Origin: Chloroflexi bacterium ADurb.Bin180
Lineage (GTDB): Bacteria > Chloroflexota > Anaerolineae > UBA2200
Direction of reading: 5' to 3'
Assembly: GCA_002070215.1 (NCBI GenBank)
Contig: MWCV01000007.1
Span: 1,660 to 65,659, forward strand
DNA length: 64,000 nucleotides
How positions within the stretch are numbered: position 1 is the first letter of the stretch; the number at the start of each line of letters is the position of its first letter. The notes under the pieces were generated by a model, which made no database searches, was not told the DNA's origin, and was given only the letters and a program-made list of their open reading frames with translations. A program made the position numbers and the translations under genes. Shown here one piece after another: positions 18,180 to 27,363 of the stretch.

Positions 18180-18803
18180 CTAGAGTTTGGTTTCGACTTC
18201 CTTGAGCACACGCTCCTTGAGTTCCGGCTTGCCGGAAAGCAGCGCCATGAGCTTGAGCCGTTCCTGACCGACAAAAACCTCGTCTTTGATGCTGCCGAGG
18301 TTGATCAGCACGTTTAACGCAGCGGCGCGCAGCCCGGCCTCGGCCATCAATGCCGCCACGCCCACATCACTCACCGCGCGCACGTTGCCTTTGGCCGTTG
18401 CCTCGGGACAAAGACGCAGAACGTCGACGCAGACCTGGGCCAGCTCCATCGGCACGGCGGTGGCGTTCTTGAGGGCCGCCTGCATGGCCGCACTGCGGGT
18501 CGCCTTCTGCTCATCCGTGTCGCGTGGCATCTTGGAGACTTGGGATACTTCGCTGTAGGCCGCGACGTCGGCATCGAGCAGTTCCTGGCACTTGCAGCGC
18601 AGCGCCTCCGACTCTTTGAGCAGGCGCTGGATGTCGTCCTGGACGTTGACATAGTCTTTCTTGCCCAGGGTGAGATTGGCCACCATGCTCACCAGGGCGG
18701 CTCCGACCGCGCCAGCCAGTGCGGCGGCGCTGCCCCCACCCGGGGCAGGGGCAGAGCTGGCCAGTTCATCGAGGAAAGCGTTGAGGGGTTTGTCAATCAG
18801 CAT
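18180..18803 (-). CDS. fchA: Methenyltetrahydrofolate cyclohydrolase (cyclodeaminase/cyclohydrolase family)
   Basis: 207 aa FtcD-cyclodeaminase-like domain with the GGGSAAALAGAVGAAL motif; AAGGAG RBS. Confidence 0.8.
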   Translation of the reverse strand: MLIDKPLNAFLDELASSAPAPGGGSAAALAGAVGAALVSMVANLTLGKKDYVNVQDDIQRLLKESEALRCKCQELLDADVAAYSEVSQVSKMPRDTDEQKATRSAAMQAALKNATAVPMELAQVCVDVLRLCPEATAKGNVRAVSDVGVAALMAEAGLRAAALNVLINLGSIKDEVFVGQERLKLMALLSGKPELKERVLKEVETKL

Positions 18804-18846
18804 CTGACGTCTCCTTTGATCGTGATGTTGGCGCGCGACAACGCGG

Positions 18847-20073
18847 CTATTCAGTGATCAGGCTGATCTCGGACACCAGGCTCTCATAGTTCCAGCCGGA
18901 AGCGGAGACACGTACCCAGAGGATGCGGTAGGGCTTGGGGTCGAGCGCTTCGGCGAGGTTCTCTGACTCGTAAAAGTACCAGCTCCCCTGGGCGATCTGC
19001 TGGCCGTGCATGGTGGGGTTGTTGTTCAGGTTGTGGTAGTAAAAGCCGTGAATCCACTCGCTTTCGCTGCCATAGATGTCACGGTAACGCACCCGGATCA
19101 TCAGGGGGTACTCGGAACTGAGGTAGCCCCCGCCCGACAACGACTGCTCCACCAGCTTGACTGTGGCTCGCACACGGAGAGTGGTCAAAGGGTCAGGGAG
19201 GTCACGGTTCAGCGTCTGCTCGATGATGGTTTCGCAGTGATTGAACTCGCCTCCCTCGCGACGGAAACGGACGGCGCGCCGGGACTCATCCACCACCAGC
19301 CCAGCAGTGCCATCGACGGAGCCGCCATCGCCGCCCTGATCATTGAACACGGTCCAGGCGGTCCCCAGCGTGGCGGCAAAGTCGCCGTTGGTGATCAGAT
19401 CTCGCTCGGCCTTCAGAGGGGCCAGCGGAGCCTTCCCCAGCTCGACTACCGTGCGCTGCCTGGCAGAGAGGGCTACCTGACCCGGCGGCACACCGGCCGT
19501 GATCGGCAGAGCCGTCACGTCGGCCGAGCCGCGCTGCACAATTACCTCACTGCGCTCGTTGCTGACCTCCAGCGTGTAGGCTCCATCTCCACCGAGAAGG
19601 GCGGCTGCTTGAAGGCTCTCCACTCGGAACTCGAGGGGCGAAGCACCGCGAAGAACTGTGTTGACGTAAAGTCGACCGCCGCGCAGGTAGACGCTGATAT
19701 GAGCTGACCGCGGGCTGGCACCAAAGCGCGGAGCAACCATGCGCTGCAACACGACCGATGTGCCGGGGAAGAGCCTGAGCTGCGACTGGTCAAAGAAGGT
19801 GACCTGCGCCTGGGCGGTCTGGTCCACACTGAGCACTACGCCCTCGGGTACGGAGATGGTCTCGCCTTTGAGGATGGGCCGCGCCCCTCCCTGCTGGGGA
19901 TCCTCGACTACGACGGTGCCTTCCAGACAGGTAACCTGCGCCTCGTGGTTGCGAGTGGCATTGATCAGCAGCCAGCGTCCTCCAAGAGGAATGGAGATGG
20001 CCAGAGTGCAGAAAACGACGAATGAAGCGAGGAGGACTGTCCAGGCCAGGCGGGCCGGGTTTTTCCGCATCAA
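18847..20073 (-). CDS. Membrane-anchored hypothetical protein with FecR-like and CBM4/9-like domains
   Basis: N-terminal TM helix, central beta-rich FecR-like region, C-terminal [12 protein letters not shown]...W.F segment resembling carbohydrate-binding module 4/9. Confidence 0.5.
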   Translation of the reverse strand: MMRKNPARLAWTVLLASFVVFCTLAISIPLGGRWLLINATRNHEAQVTCLEGTVVVEDPQQGGARPILKGETISVPEGVVLSVDQTAQAQVTFFDQSQLRLFPGTSVVLQRMVAPRFGASPRSAHISVYLRGGRLYVNTVLRGASPLEFRVESLQAAALLGGDGAYTLEVSNERSEVIVQRGSADVTALPITAGVPPGQVALSARQRTVVELGKAPLAPLKAERDLITNGDFAATLGTAWTVFNDQGGDGGSVDGTAGLVVDESRRAVRFRREGGEFNHCETIIEQTLNRDLPDPLTTLRVRATVKLVEQSLSGGGYLSSEYPLMIRVRYRDIYGSESEWIHGFYYHNLNNNPTMHGQQIAQGSWYFYESENLAEALDPKPYRILWVRVSASGWNYESLVSEISLITE

Positions 20074-20360
20074 GAGGTTACCTCGAATTGTCCGAACTCA
20101 CCGCTGGGTTGCTCCCACAGCACCTTGACTTGCTCGACCTGTGCGCCCGGCGGGCCCTGGTGGAGCCAGGATAACAACTGCTCCAGGGACTGCCGTTGGC
20201 CCTCGGCTACAACCTCGACACTGCCATCCCACAGGTTGCGCACATACCCGCACAGCCCCATCTCACGCGCCCTGTGCAGCGTGTAGTAGCGAAAGCTCAC
20301 GCCCTGAACATAGCCACGCACCGAGGCATGGAGTCGCGCCTCGGCGGGCTTGCGTTTCAT
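20070..20360 (-). CDS. acyP: Acylphosphatase
   Basis: [13 protein letters not shown] matches the acylphosphatase VxGxVQGVxFR signature at ~96 aa. The ORF may extend to 20432. Confidence 0.8.
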   Translation of the reverse strand: MKRKPAEARLHASVRGYVQGVSFRYYTLHRAREMGLCGYVRNLWDGSVEVVAEGQRQSLEQLLSWLHQGPPGAQVEQVKVLWEQPSGEFGQFEVTS

Positions 20361-20459
20361 CGAGCGGCCCCACGAACCACGGCCAACCTCCAGCGTCCGA
20401 TTATACCGTGCCCCGCTGACCCTGACAAGCACTCCCGGCAGTCACCCTGGACAGGAAGG

Positions 20460-21023
20460 TCACCAGTTTACCGCCACCATCTGCCGCTGGTACTGCTTGT
20501 CCCAGTAATAGACCATTTTGAACTGCTGACCATATTCGTGGACTCGCCTGGTAATGTCCACGTCTTGCTGGCAATAGCTGAGAATCTTGTCGAGCTGACC
20601 CTGTCGGTACCAGCGGATCGCCTGCAGCCCGTCGCTGGTTTTGCCCACGCGCAGCGTGGCTGTGGCCACCGAATCGAGGGACACGCGGAAACCGAGGCGG
20701 TGCGCCAGATGGTCCATCAAGTCCAGCGTCGGCAGGCGTTCAAAGGGGAACTCGCCGTAGCCCCGCAGGACCTCATAATCGAACTCGACCACGTTAAAGC
20801 CAACGATGAGCTCGGCAGAACGCAGCTCGTCGACCAGAGCCCTCACCCTCTTCTCGGTGTAGCGGTGGAAGGAGTTGGTGGCCGTGCTGTAAGTGACGGC
20901 TACCGACATGCCCAGCTTGCGCACGTTGGCCTTGCCGCCGACTTCTTCCAGGGAGCGCTGCGTTTCGAGGTCAAAGTAGATGAGGTTGATGTCAGCTCCC
21001 CCGATGCTGGAGATGCTTGGCAT
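20460..21023 (-). CDS. DEDD-family (DnaQ-like) 3'-5' exonuclease / RNase H-like fold protein
   Basis: LIYFDLETQRS (Exo I motif) and a YCQQDVDITRRV (Exo III YxxxD-like) motif in 187 aa. Confidence 0.55.
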   Translation of the reverse strand: MPSISSIGGADINLIYFDLETQRSLEEVGGKANVRKLGMSVAVTYSTATNSFHRYTEKRVRALVDELRSAELIVGFNVVEFDYEVLRGYGEFPFERLPTLDLMDHLAHRLGFRVSLDSVATATLRVGKTSDGLQAIRWYRQGQLDKILSYCQQDVDITRRVHEYGQQFKMVYYWDKQYQRQMVAVNW

Positions 21024-21504
21024 AGATCCAGAGGTCGTCGCCGTCGCGGTAGTAGTCGCGTGCCGCTAGGTGCCCCTCGTAGCCCACCCGTTCGTAAAAG
21101 GCCCGGGTGGGATCATAGGGGGCTGTGCCGCTGGTCTCGAGCACGATCACGCGAACCCCCTGACTGCGGAGATAGTCCTCGGTGTAGCTCAGCAGTTGGC
21201 GGCCGACGCCCTTGTTGTGCTGTTGCTTGTTGACCGCGATCCAGTACAGATCATAGGTTCGGTCCGTGAGCGCTGTGGGCCCGACGCAGATAAAGCCCAG
21301 CACCTGGCCATCATCCCCACCGGCGCGGTGAGGTTCGGCACAGGCCACAAAAAAGAGATAGTCTTCCTGGTCTGGTTTGTGCAGAAAGCAGTCGAGCAGC
21401 TCATCGACCGTCTCCACTTCCTCCTCAGTGAACACATCCACTCCAGCACTGATGTCGAGAATGGCCTGACGGTCTCTCTCCTCAGCACGACGAAAAGTCA
21501 GCAC
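20992..21504 (-). CDS. GNAT family N-acetyltransferase
   Basis: 170 aa with the acetyl-CoA binding core QQHNKGVGRQLL...VIVLET. Overlaps the downstream exonuclease gene by 32 nt and the upstream ATP-grasp gene by 23 nt. Confidence 0.8.
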   Translation of the reverse strand: MLTFRRAEERDRQAILDISAGVDVFTEEEVETVDELLDCFLHKPDQEDYLFFVACAEPHRAGGDDGQVLGFICVGPTALTDRTYDLYWIAVNKQQHNKGVGRQLLSYTEDYLRSQGVRVIVLETSGTAPYDPTRAFYERVGYEGHLAARDYYRDGDDLWIYAKHLQHRGS

Positions 21505-22654
21505 GCCTGTCCTCCAACGCGAATGAAAGGATCTTGAGAATCATTTGCTCATAGGTCAGCCCCGCTGCTCTGGCCGAGCGGGCAAAGCCAGCGTCCGAGG
21601 CGATAGAAGGATTGGGATTCACTTCGAGGACGTAGGCGGTCTCCCCTTTCAGGCGCAGGTCCACGCGGCCATAGCCCCAACAGCGGGTGACGATGGACCA
21701 CGCCCGCAACGCCGTCTCTCTGACGATGCGCGCCGGCTCCTCTGCAAGCTGAGCGGGGCACACGGCCGGGGTATGGCTGTACTCCCACGTCTCTTCGTTC
21801 CACTTGGCGGCATAGCCCACGATCCTCTTGTTTGGCTCGCTGATCGCGCTCAGGTCAATTTCCGCCAGCGGGAGCGCTTCAGGCGGGTTGCCCCAGATGG
21901 CGACATTGATTTCTCTCCCGTCGATGAATGCCTCGGCGAGCGCCTGCTGGCGGCACTGCTCCGTAACGAAACCAACCCTGGCCTTCAGTTCGGCGAGGTC
22001 GGCCACCACGGCCCCGTCGTCGATGGCTACGCTGCTGTCCTCCGCTACTGGCTTGACGATCAGGGGAAACGGCAAGTTCCTCACGTGGCCCGGTGTAACC
22101 TGGCTGGCGGAACGAAACACGGCCCACGGCGGGGTCGATACGCCTGCTTTGGCCAGCAGCCGTTTCGTCCTTGCTTTGTTGAGCGCCAGAGCCAGCGCAT
22201 GTCCGTCAGCACCGGTGAAACGGTAGCCAAGCGACTCGATCATGAGCGCAGCAGGGGACTCGTCGTCGATGCTGCGGCCGTCCGGCCCGACGCGGCCGTC
22301 CAGCCCCTCAAACAGGTTGAACACCACCCAATCACGCGGAGGGTAGGGGGCCAGTTTGGGCCCGACCTCGCTCTCGGCGGACACCAGCGCTACCTGGTAG
22401 AGCGACTTCTCGCGCAGCACCCTGGCCACATCCCTGGCAACGGCAGCGGTTTCCCGGTCGGCGGGGGAAATGGAGCCAGGGTCGGCTCCCTCCGGAGCAC
22501 TGAAGAGCACAACCACCCCCGACGGCTCGTTGCGAGCCGGCTTGCCAGTTCGTGCTCTCGCCGTGGCGGCACACGTTCGGCGGGCACTCGCGGGTTTCGG
22601 GGCTACCTGCTCCTTCATGGCACTCAGTATACAAGGCGCAGGCCTATGAAGCAA
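21482..22654 (-). CDS. ATP-grasp enzyme of the D-alanine--D-alanine ligase family with ~90-aa N-terminal extension
   Basis: Ddl-like ATP-grasp signatures (PLIVKPVAEDSSVAI, GREINVAIWG, GYGRVDLRL...YVLEVNPNPS). Confidence 0.75.
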   Translation of the reverse strand: MLHRPAPCILSAMKEQVAPKPASARRTCAATARARTGKPARNEPSGVVVLFSAPEGADPGSISPADRETAAVARDVARVLREKSLYQVALVSAESEVGPKLAPYPPRDWVVFNLFEGLDGRVGPDGRSIDDESPAALMIESLGYRFTGADGHALALALNKARTKRLLAKAGVSTPPWAVFRSASQVTPGHVRNLPFPLIVKPVAEDSSVAIDDGAVVADLAELKARVGFVTEQCRQQALAEAFIDGREINVAIWGNPPEALPLAEIDLSAISEPNKRIVGYAAKWNEETWEYSHTPAVCPAQLAEEPARIVRETALRAWSIVTRCWGYGRVDLRLKGETAYVLEVNPNPSIASDAGFARSARAAGLTYEQMILKILSFALEDRRADFSSC

Positions 22655-22731
22655 GCAACAACCCGGAAATCGTCCCAGACTGGCCGGTGAGTCATTGACG
22701 CCAGCACATGGGGCCGCTATAATCGGCAGCC

Positions 22732-23268
22732 GTGGGCAAAGCCAGAGAGCCAGCTCCGGTCAAACTGATCGTCAGTGTGTTCACGCGTGACGTGACCATG
22801 CTGGCTGTTGCGCGGGGGGCTCTGGGCGGGTTGTTCGGGCCAGTGGACTATCGCAGTGAGACCCTGCCCTTTGACAACACATCCTACTATGAGCGCGAAT
22901 TTGGGCCCAACCTGGTGCGGGAGATCCTGGCTTTTTCGACCCTGATCGCGCCACAAGAGCTGGCCAGCGTCAAGCTCAAGACCAACGAGCTGGAGCGAAC
23001 CTGGAGGGTGGACAGCAAGCGGGTGGTGAACCTCGACCCGGGCTATGTCACTCTGGGCAAGCTGGTGCTGGCCACCACCAAGGACTATTCTCACCGCATC
23101 TATCTCGGCGAGGGCATCTACGGCGAGGTGACGCTCAAGTACGAGCACGGCGCCTTCCGTGCCTGGGAGTGGACTTATCCGGACTATGCCAGTGCGGAGT
23201 ACCGGGCCATCTTTGCCGCCATTCGCCAGCTCTATGCCGAGCAGCTACGGCAGGAGAGCGCAGGCTAG
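22732..23268 (+). CDS. DUF4416 family protein
   Basis: LIVSVF...NLDPGYVTLGKLVLATTKDYSHRIYLGEGIY matches the conserved core of DUF4416 proteins as I recall it. Confidence 0.6.
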   Translation: MGKAREPAPVKLIVSVFTRDVTMLAVARGALGGLFGPVDYRSETLPFDNTSYYEREFGPNLVREILAFSTLIAPQELASVKLKTNELERTWRVDSKRVVNLDPGYVTLGKLVLATTKDYSHRIYLGEGIYGEVTLKYEHGAFRAWEWTYPDYASAEYRAIFAAIRQLYAEQLRQESAG

Positions 23269-23290
23269 GCCGGCTCGTTCGGCGCCAACC

Positions 23291-23330
23291 AGAGAGGGCC
23301 CGTGCCGCCGATATGGCACGGGCCCTCTCT
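23291..23330. terminator. Bidirectional hairpin terminator between convergent DUF4416 gene and metF
   Basis: agagagggcccgtgcc-gccgatat-ggcacgggccctctct gives a perfect 16-bp stem. Confidence 0.6.
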
Positions 23331-23352
23331 CTATGTGCAGCGATGGGCGAGT

Positions 23353-24279
23353 CTACAGCCTGGGCCGGGGCAAGAGCCCCGCTAGCTCGAGGATCTCCTG
23401 AACGGCCTCTTCCCATTCGATGGCCATGACGTGCACTCCGCGTACTCCGGGGATCTCGCGCATCTCCTGGATGATGTCGGCGCACTGCTTGATGCCTTCT
23501 TTGCGCACCTGCTCCTTGGGCACGCCCTTGAGCCGGGCGATGACGTCCTCCGGCACGTCCATACCAGGCACACTGTTCTGCATATACCGTGCCATGCCGA
23601 TGCTCTTGATTGGCCCGACGCCAGCCAGGATGAAGCACTTTTCGTGGATGCCCAGATCAACTACCCGTTTCATGAACTCTTTGAACTTGGGCACGTTGTA
23701 GATGAGCTGCGTCTGAATAAAGTCCGCCCCGGCGGCCACTTTCTTGGCCAGCCGATAGGGCCGGTAGTCGAACGGGTCGGCAAAGGGGTTCTCCGCTGCG
23801 CCGATGAAAAAGCGCGGTTCCACCGTCTCGATGGCCTCTCCATTGGCGAACTTTTTCTCATCGCGCAGGGCCTTGACCAGCGCCACCAGTTGAATCGAGT
23901 CCAGATCATAGACGCCGCGCGCCGTGGGGTGATTGCCGAACTTTTGATGGTCTCCGGTGAGGCAGAGCAAGTTCTTGATGCCCAGAGCCGAGGCGCCCAG
24001 CAAGTCGGCCTGAATGGCCAGCCGATTGCGGTCGCGGCAGGTCATCTGGATGGTCGGCTCGATGCCTTCCTGCAGCAGCATAATGCCGACCGCGATGCTC
24101 GACATACGCACGATGGCGGTCTGGTTGTCGGTGATGTTGACCGCATCCACCAACCCTTTGAGGAGGGCAGCCTTGCGCTTGATTGCCTCCGCCTCGGCGC
24201 TCTTGGGAGGACCCAGCTCGCCGGTCGCGGCAAACTGGCCCGAAGCCAGGATCTTTTCGAGGTTGCTGGAGACCTTCAT
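23353..24279 (-). CDS. metF: 5,10-methylenetetrahydrofolate reductase
   Basis: 308 aa MetF TIM-barrel sequence (ATGELGPPKS..., NITDNQTA), adjacent to metV. Confidence 0.9.
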   Translation of the reverse strand: MKVSSNLEKILASGQFAATGELGPPKSAEAEAIKRKAALLKGLVDAVNITDNQTAIVRMSSIAVGIMLLQEGIEPTIQMTCRDRNRLAIQADLLGASALGIKNLLCLTGDHQKFGNHPTARGVYDLDSIQLVALVKALRDEKKFANGEAIETVEPRFFIGAAENPFADPFDYRPYRLAKKVAAGADFIQTQLIYNVPKFKEFMKRVVDLGIHEKCFILAGVGPIKSIGMARYMQNSVPGMDVPEDVIARLKGVPKEQVRKEGIKQCADIIQEMREIPGVRGVHVMAIEWEEAVQEILELAGLLPRPRL

Positions 24280-24947
24280 AGTTTGATATCCTCCCTGACG
24301 ATCTTGCGCGGGCCGCCATCATAGTCCTTGGACCAGTCCTTGTACGTCATCAGCGACGACAGACGGTCGAGCTGGCCGAGCTTGCCGAGCCGGTCGTAGA
24401 TGAGCTGCCAGGCGCAATCGGTTTCGGGGTTCACCTCGCATTTGCCCCGCTGTGAACCTCCGCAGGGGCCGTTGAGCAGGTTCTTGGCGCACCGGGCGAT
24501 GGGGCAGACGCCGCCCGTCAGGCCCAGAATGCAGTCGCCGCAGGCCCGGCAGCGCTCCACCAGCACTCCGTGCTCCACGGCCATACCCAGGAAGGTGGTG
24601 TTGACGCCCGGCAGGATCACTTTGTCCGGGTAGCGCTCGGCCAGGGCCTGCACTCCGATGCCGCAGGCCAGTGAAAGCACCGCGTCGGCCTGATTGATCT
24701 GCTCTGCCACGGCATCGATGAACTCCCACTCGCACTGGCGCTGCACCGTCTGCTCACTAAAGATCTTTTGGCCGCCGGGATCCATAGCCGAGGCGATGCG
24801 CAGGCTGGAGGCCAGCAGACCGACTTCTTTCTCTCCACCGGCAAAGCTGATCGTGACGCAAGTGCCGCAGCCCAGGATCAGGATGTTGCGGTACGGCGCG
24901 AGCAGGGCCTTGATTTCAGCGATGGGCTTTTGCTTGGCTTTGATCAT
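24276..24947 (-). CDS. metV: Methylene-THF reductase accessory Zn/Fe-S subunit MetV
   Basis: ILILGCGTCVTISFAGGE...CRACGDCILGLTGGVCPIARCAKNLLNGPCGGS cysteine-rich domain typical of acetogen MetV; 4-nt overlap with metF. Confidence 0.8.
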   Translation of the reverse strand: MIKAKQKPIAEIKALLAPYRNILILGCGTCVTISFAGGEKEVGLLASSLRIASAMDPGGQKIFSEQTVQRQCEWEFIDAVAEQINQADAVLSLACGIGVQALAERYPDKVILPGVNTTFLGMAVEHGVLVERCRACGDCILGLTGGVCPIARCAKNLLNGPCGGSQRGKCEVNPETDCAWQLIYDRLGKLGQLDRLSSLMTYKDWSKDYDGGPRKIVREDIKL

Positions 24948-24948
24948 C

Positions 24949-27057
24949 TCAGTTGCTCCTCCCTGGCTGGACGGGACTCGCACCCAGCTCCTTGACTTTG
25001 CTGGCCAGCCTGGTCACGTCTTCGACCAGACTCGCGCACTCGCCCGGCGGAGTATTGAACATCTCCAGGCGTGCGCCGTTGAGGCCCAGGTCATCGAGCA
25101 TCTTCTTGACATAGGCCACCCGTTGACCGGCGTGGACGTTGCCCTTGTCGTTGTGGCATTCGCCGACGATGCAGCCGGCCACAAAGACCCCGTCGGCCCC
25201 GTACTCGAACGCTTTGAGCAGATACAGCGCGTCGACCTTGCCCGAGCAAAGAACGTCGATGACTTGAACGTTGGCTGGCAGGGCTGCCTTGACCACTTCG
25301 GGGCTCTCCCCCGAGTAGGCACAGTAGCGGCAGGCAAAGCCAACGATGCCCGGCTCGCCGCCGCTCCTGGCGCGCATAATGGCCAGTTTGACCTGCCGCA
25401 GCACCCCTTCATCGGATTGCAGCGTCATGGTGATGGCCTTGGCCGGGCATTCCGTCGCACACAGCCCGCAGGCCTGGCAGTAGTCAACGGGCACCTCCGC
25501 TGTGCCGCGGTCGACCCCCGGCACTTCAAAGGGGCAGACGCGCACGCAGGTGAGGCAGGCAATGCACTTGTCGGGATCCACCCTGGCCCCGGCGCCGCAG
25601 GTGAGGCAGCGCAGGGCCGCACGCACGGCCTGCGCCTCAGAGTAGCCATGCTCGACTTCATCGAACGTAGAGCGTCGCAAGGCGGCATCGGTCTTGGGCA
25701 GCGGCTCCCGGTCCAGCTTGCGGATGTGGTCCAGCGTCTTTTGCTGGATGGTGCCGAGTTTGGCGGGATCTGGCGGCTGGACGGTCTGCGGGTCGACGCC
25801 GCGCAGATAGGCATCGATCGAGCGGGCTGCCCGGTGCCCCGCGGCCACGGCATCGATGATGAACCCGACACGCGTGACCGCGTCGCCGCCGGCAAAGACA
25901 CCTGCTTTGGTGGTGGCCAGAGTCACCGGGTCGACCTGGATGGCGCGGCGCTTGGTCTGGGCAATGGAGCCGTCCTTGGGCAAAAAGCTCAGGTCGGGTC
26001 CCTGACCGATGGAAAAGATGATCAGGTCGGCCGCAAGGATATGCTCCGTGTCGACGAACTCTTCCATGTCGATGGCGCCATCGGGCTTGAAGCCGTGAAA
26101 GTCGACCTTGACGCACTTGATTCCGGCCACCTTGCCTTCATCGAGTACGCACTCCTTGAAGGTTCGGCCGGGGAACATCTCGATGCCCTCTTCCTTGGCT
26201 TCCTCGATCTCCCAGGGATGAGCGGGCATGGTCTCATCGCTCTCCAGGAAGGCCATCGACACCCTGTCAGCGCCGAGGCGGACCGCCGTACGCGCCACAT
26301 CGATGGCCACGTTGCCCCCGCCCAGCACCAGCACCTTGCGATGTCGCAGGTCGATCCGTTCGCCCAGAGCGACGCGGCGCAGGAATTCGGTATTCAGCCA
26401 CACGTCCGGGAGGTCGGCGTTGGGCAGGCGCAGCCTGGCACCCACGTGCGAGCCGACAGCCAGAAAGACGGCCTTGAAGCTATCGGCGAACAGCCCGTCG
26501 ACGTCGGCCACACGCATGTTGGTGACAAACTCAATGCCCAGCTCCTTGAGCGGGGCGATCTCCAGGTCGATGGTTTCGCGCGGCAGGCGGTAGAGGGGAA
26601 TCCCGACCTGCATTGTGCCGCCCAGCCTGGGATAAGCCTCAAACACGGTGACCCGGTAGCCCAGGCGCGCCAGGTCGTGTGCGGCGGTCAGGCCGCCCGG
26701 CCCGGAGCCGACGACAGCTACCTTGGCGTCCTTTGGCGGCGCGCAGCTGAGCCCCGGGGCGTGCCCGAGGCCGAGGTCATGGCGCTCGGTGACAAAGCGC
26801 TTGAGGGCACAGATGGCCACCGGTTCGTCCACGTCCTTGCGTCGACACTGGTCTTCACAGGGGTGCGCGCACACCTTGCCACAAATGTAGGGGATGGGGT
26901 TCGGCTCGCGGGCGATTCGGTAGGCCTCTTCGAAATTGCCGCGGGCGATGGCGTGAACATAGCCACGCACATCGGTGTGCGCAGGGCAAGTGGCTGCGCA
27001 AGGAGGAAGGGGCTCCACCGGCGGTGGCGCCCGCAGGTCCCGCTTCTCACTCGTCAT
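24949..27057 (-). CDS. Fused GltD/HdrA-like NAD(P)H FAD oxidoreductase - 2x[4Fe-4S] ferredoxin - MvhD/FlpD domain protein
   Basis: N-terminal CAATCPAHTDVRGY...CGKVCAHPCEDQC (GltD-type Fe-S), VAVVGSGPGGLTAAHDL dinucleotide fold, CIACLTCVRVCP and CQACGLCATECP ferredoxins, C-terminal FACRYCAYSG...VLCSGKVD...GADGVFVAGC MvhD signature. Confidence 0.85.
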   Translation of the reverse strand: MTSEKRDLRAPPPVEPLPPCAATCPAHTDVRGYVHAIARGNFEEAYRIAREPNPIPYICGKVCAHPCEDQCRRKDVDEPVAICALKRFVTERHDLGLGHAPGLSCAPPKDAKVAVVGSGPGGLTAAHDLARLGYRVTVFEAYPRLGGTMQVGIPLYRLPRETIDLEIAPLKELGIEFVTNMRVADVDGLFADSFKAVFLAVGSHVGARLRLPNADLPDVWLNTEFLRRVALGERIDLRHRKVLVLGGGNVAIDVARTAVRLGADRVSMAFLESDETMPAHPWEIEEAKEEGIEMFPGRTFKECVLDEGKVAGIKCVKVDFHGFKPDGAIDMEEFVDTEHILAADLIIFSIGQGPDLSFLPKDGSIAQTKRRAIQVDPVTLATTKAGVFAGGDAVTRVGFIIDAVAAGHRAARSIDAYLRGVDPQTVQPPDPAKLGTIQQKTLDHIRKLDREPLPKTDAALRRSTFDEVEHGYSEAQAVRAALRCLTCGAGARVDPDKCIACLTCVRVCPFEVPGVDRGTAEVPVDYCQACGLCATECPAKAITMTLQSDEGVLRQVKLAIMRARSGGEPGIVGFACRYCAYSGESPEVVKAALPANVQVIDVLCSGKVDALYLLKAFEYGADGVFVAGCIVGECHNDKGNVHAGQRVAYVKKMLDDLGLNGARLEMFNTPPGECASLVEDVTRLASKVKELGASPVQPGRSN

Positions 27058-27220
27058 CGACTCGTCCTTTCTACCCTTGGGGCAACGCCCTCGTCACGCT
27101 CCAGGCCACGCTGGTGTCATCAGCGTGTAGGACCAGTCTCCCAGGGCCCAGCCCCGCGGGAAATGTGGGATGTGCCTGCCATTCTAGACTGTCTGCGTCA
27201 ATTGCGCAACAAAGCAAAGC

Positions 27221-27243
27221 GATATCTGTCAATTACAGATATC
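27221..27243. promoter_or_regulatory. Perfect 9-bp inverted repeat GATATCTGT-N5-ACAGATATC (candidate operator) in divergent promoter region
   Basis: Seen directly between the hdrA-like gene (minus) and hsp20 (plus). Confidence 0.4.
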
Positions 27244-27300
27244 GACGGCATGCTCTGAACAGCGCAAACGAAGCGGGCGGACAAAGCTTCGCCGGTCCGC

Positions 27301-27329
27301 TTGCCTCGCCCGCGGTTCGGCGCTATAAT
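27301..27329 (+). promoter_or_regulatory. Sigma-70-like promoter for hsp20 (TTGCCT-N17-TATAAT)
   Basis: TTGCCT at 27301-27306, 17-nt spacer, TATAAT at 27324-27329, ~35 nt upstream of the hsp20 ATG. Confidence 0.5.
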
Positions 27330-27363
27330 AGCAAAACATCTATAGTGCAAGAAGGGACCGAGT

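Noticed and set aside
24694-27258. 854-aa plus-strand ORF opposite the HdrA/MvhD-like gene
   Set aside because: Antisense to a gene with multiple Fe-S and FAD motifs, and its composition is non-protein-like; shadow ORF.
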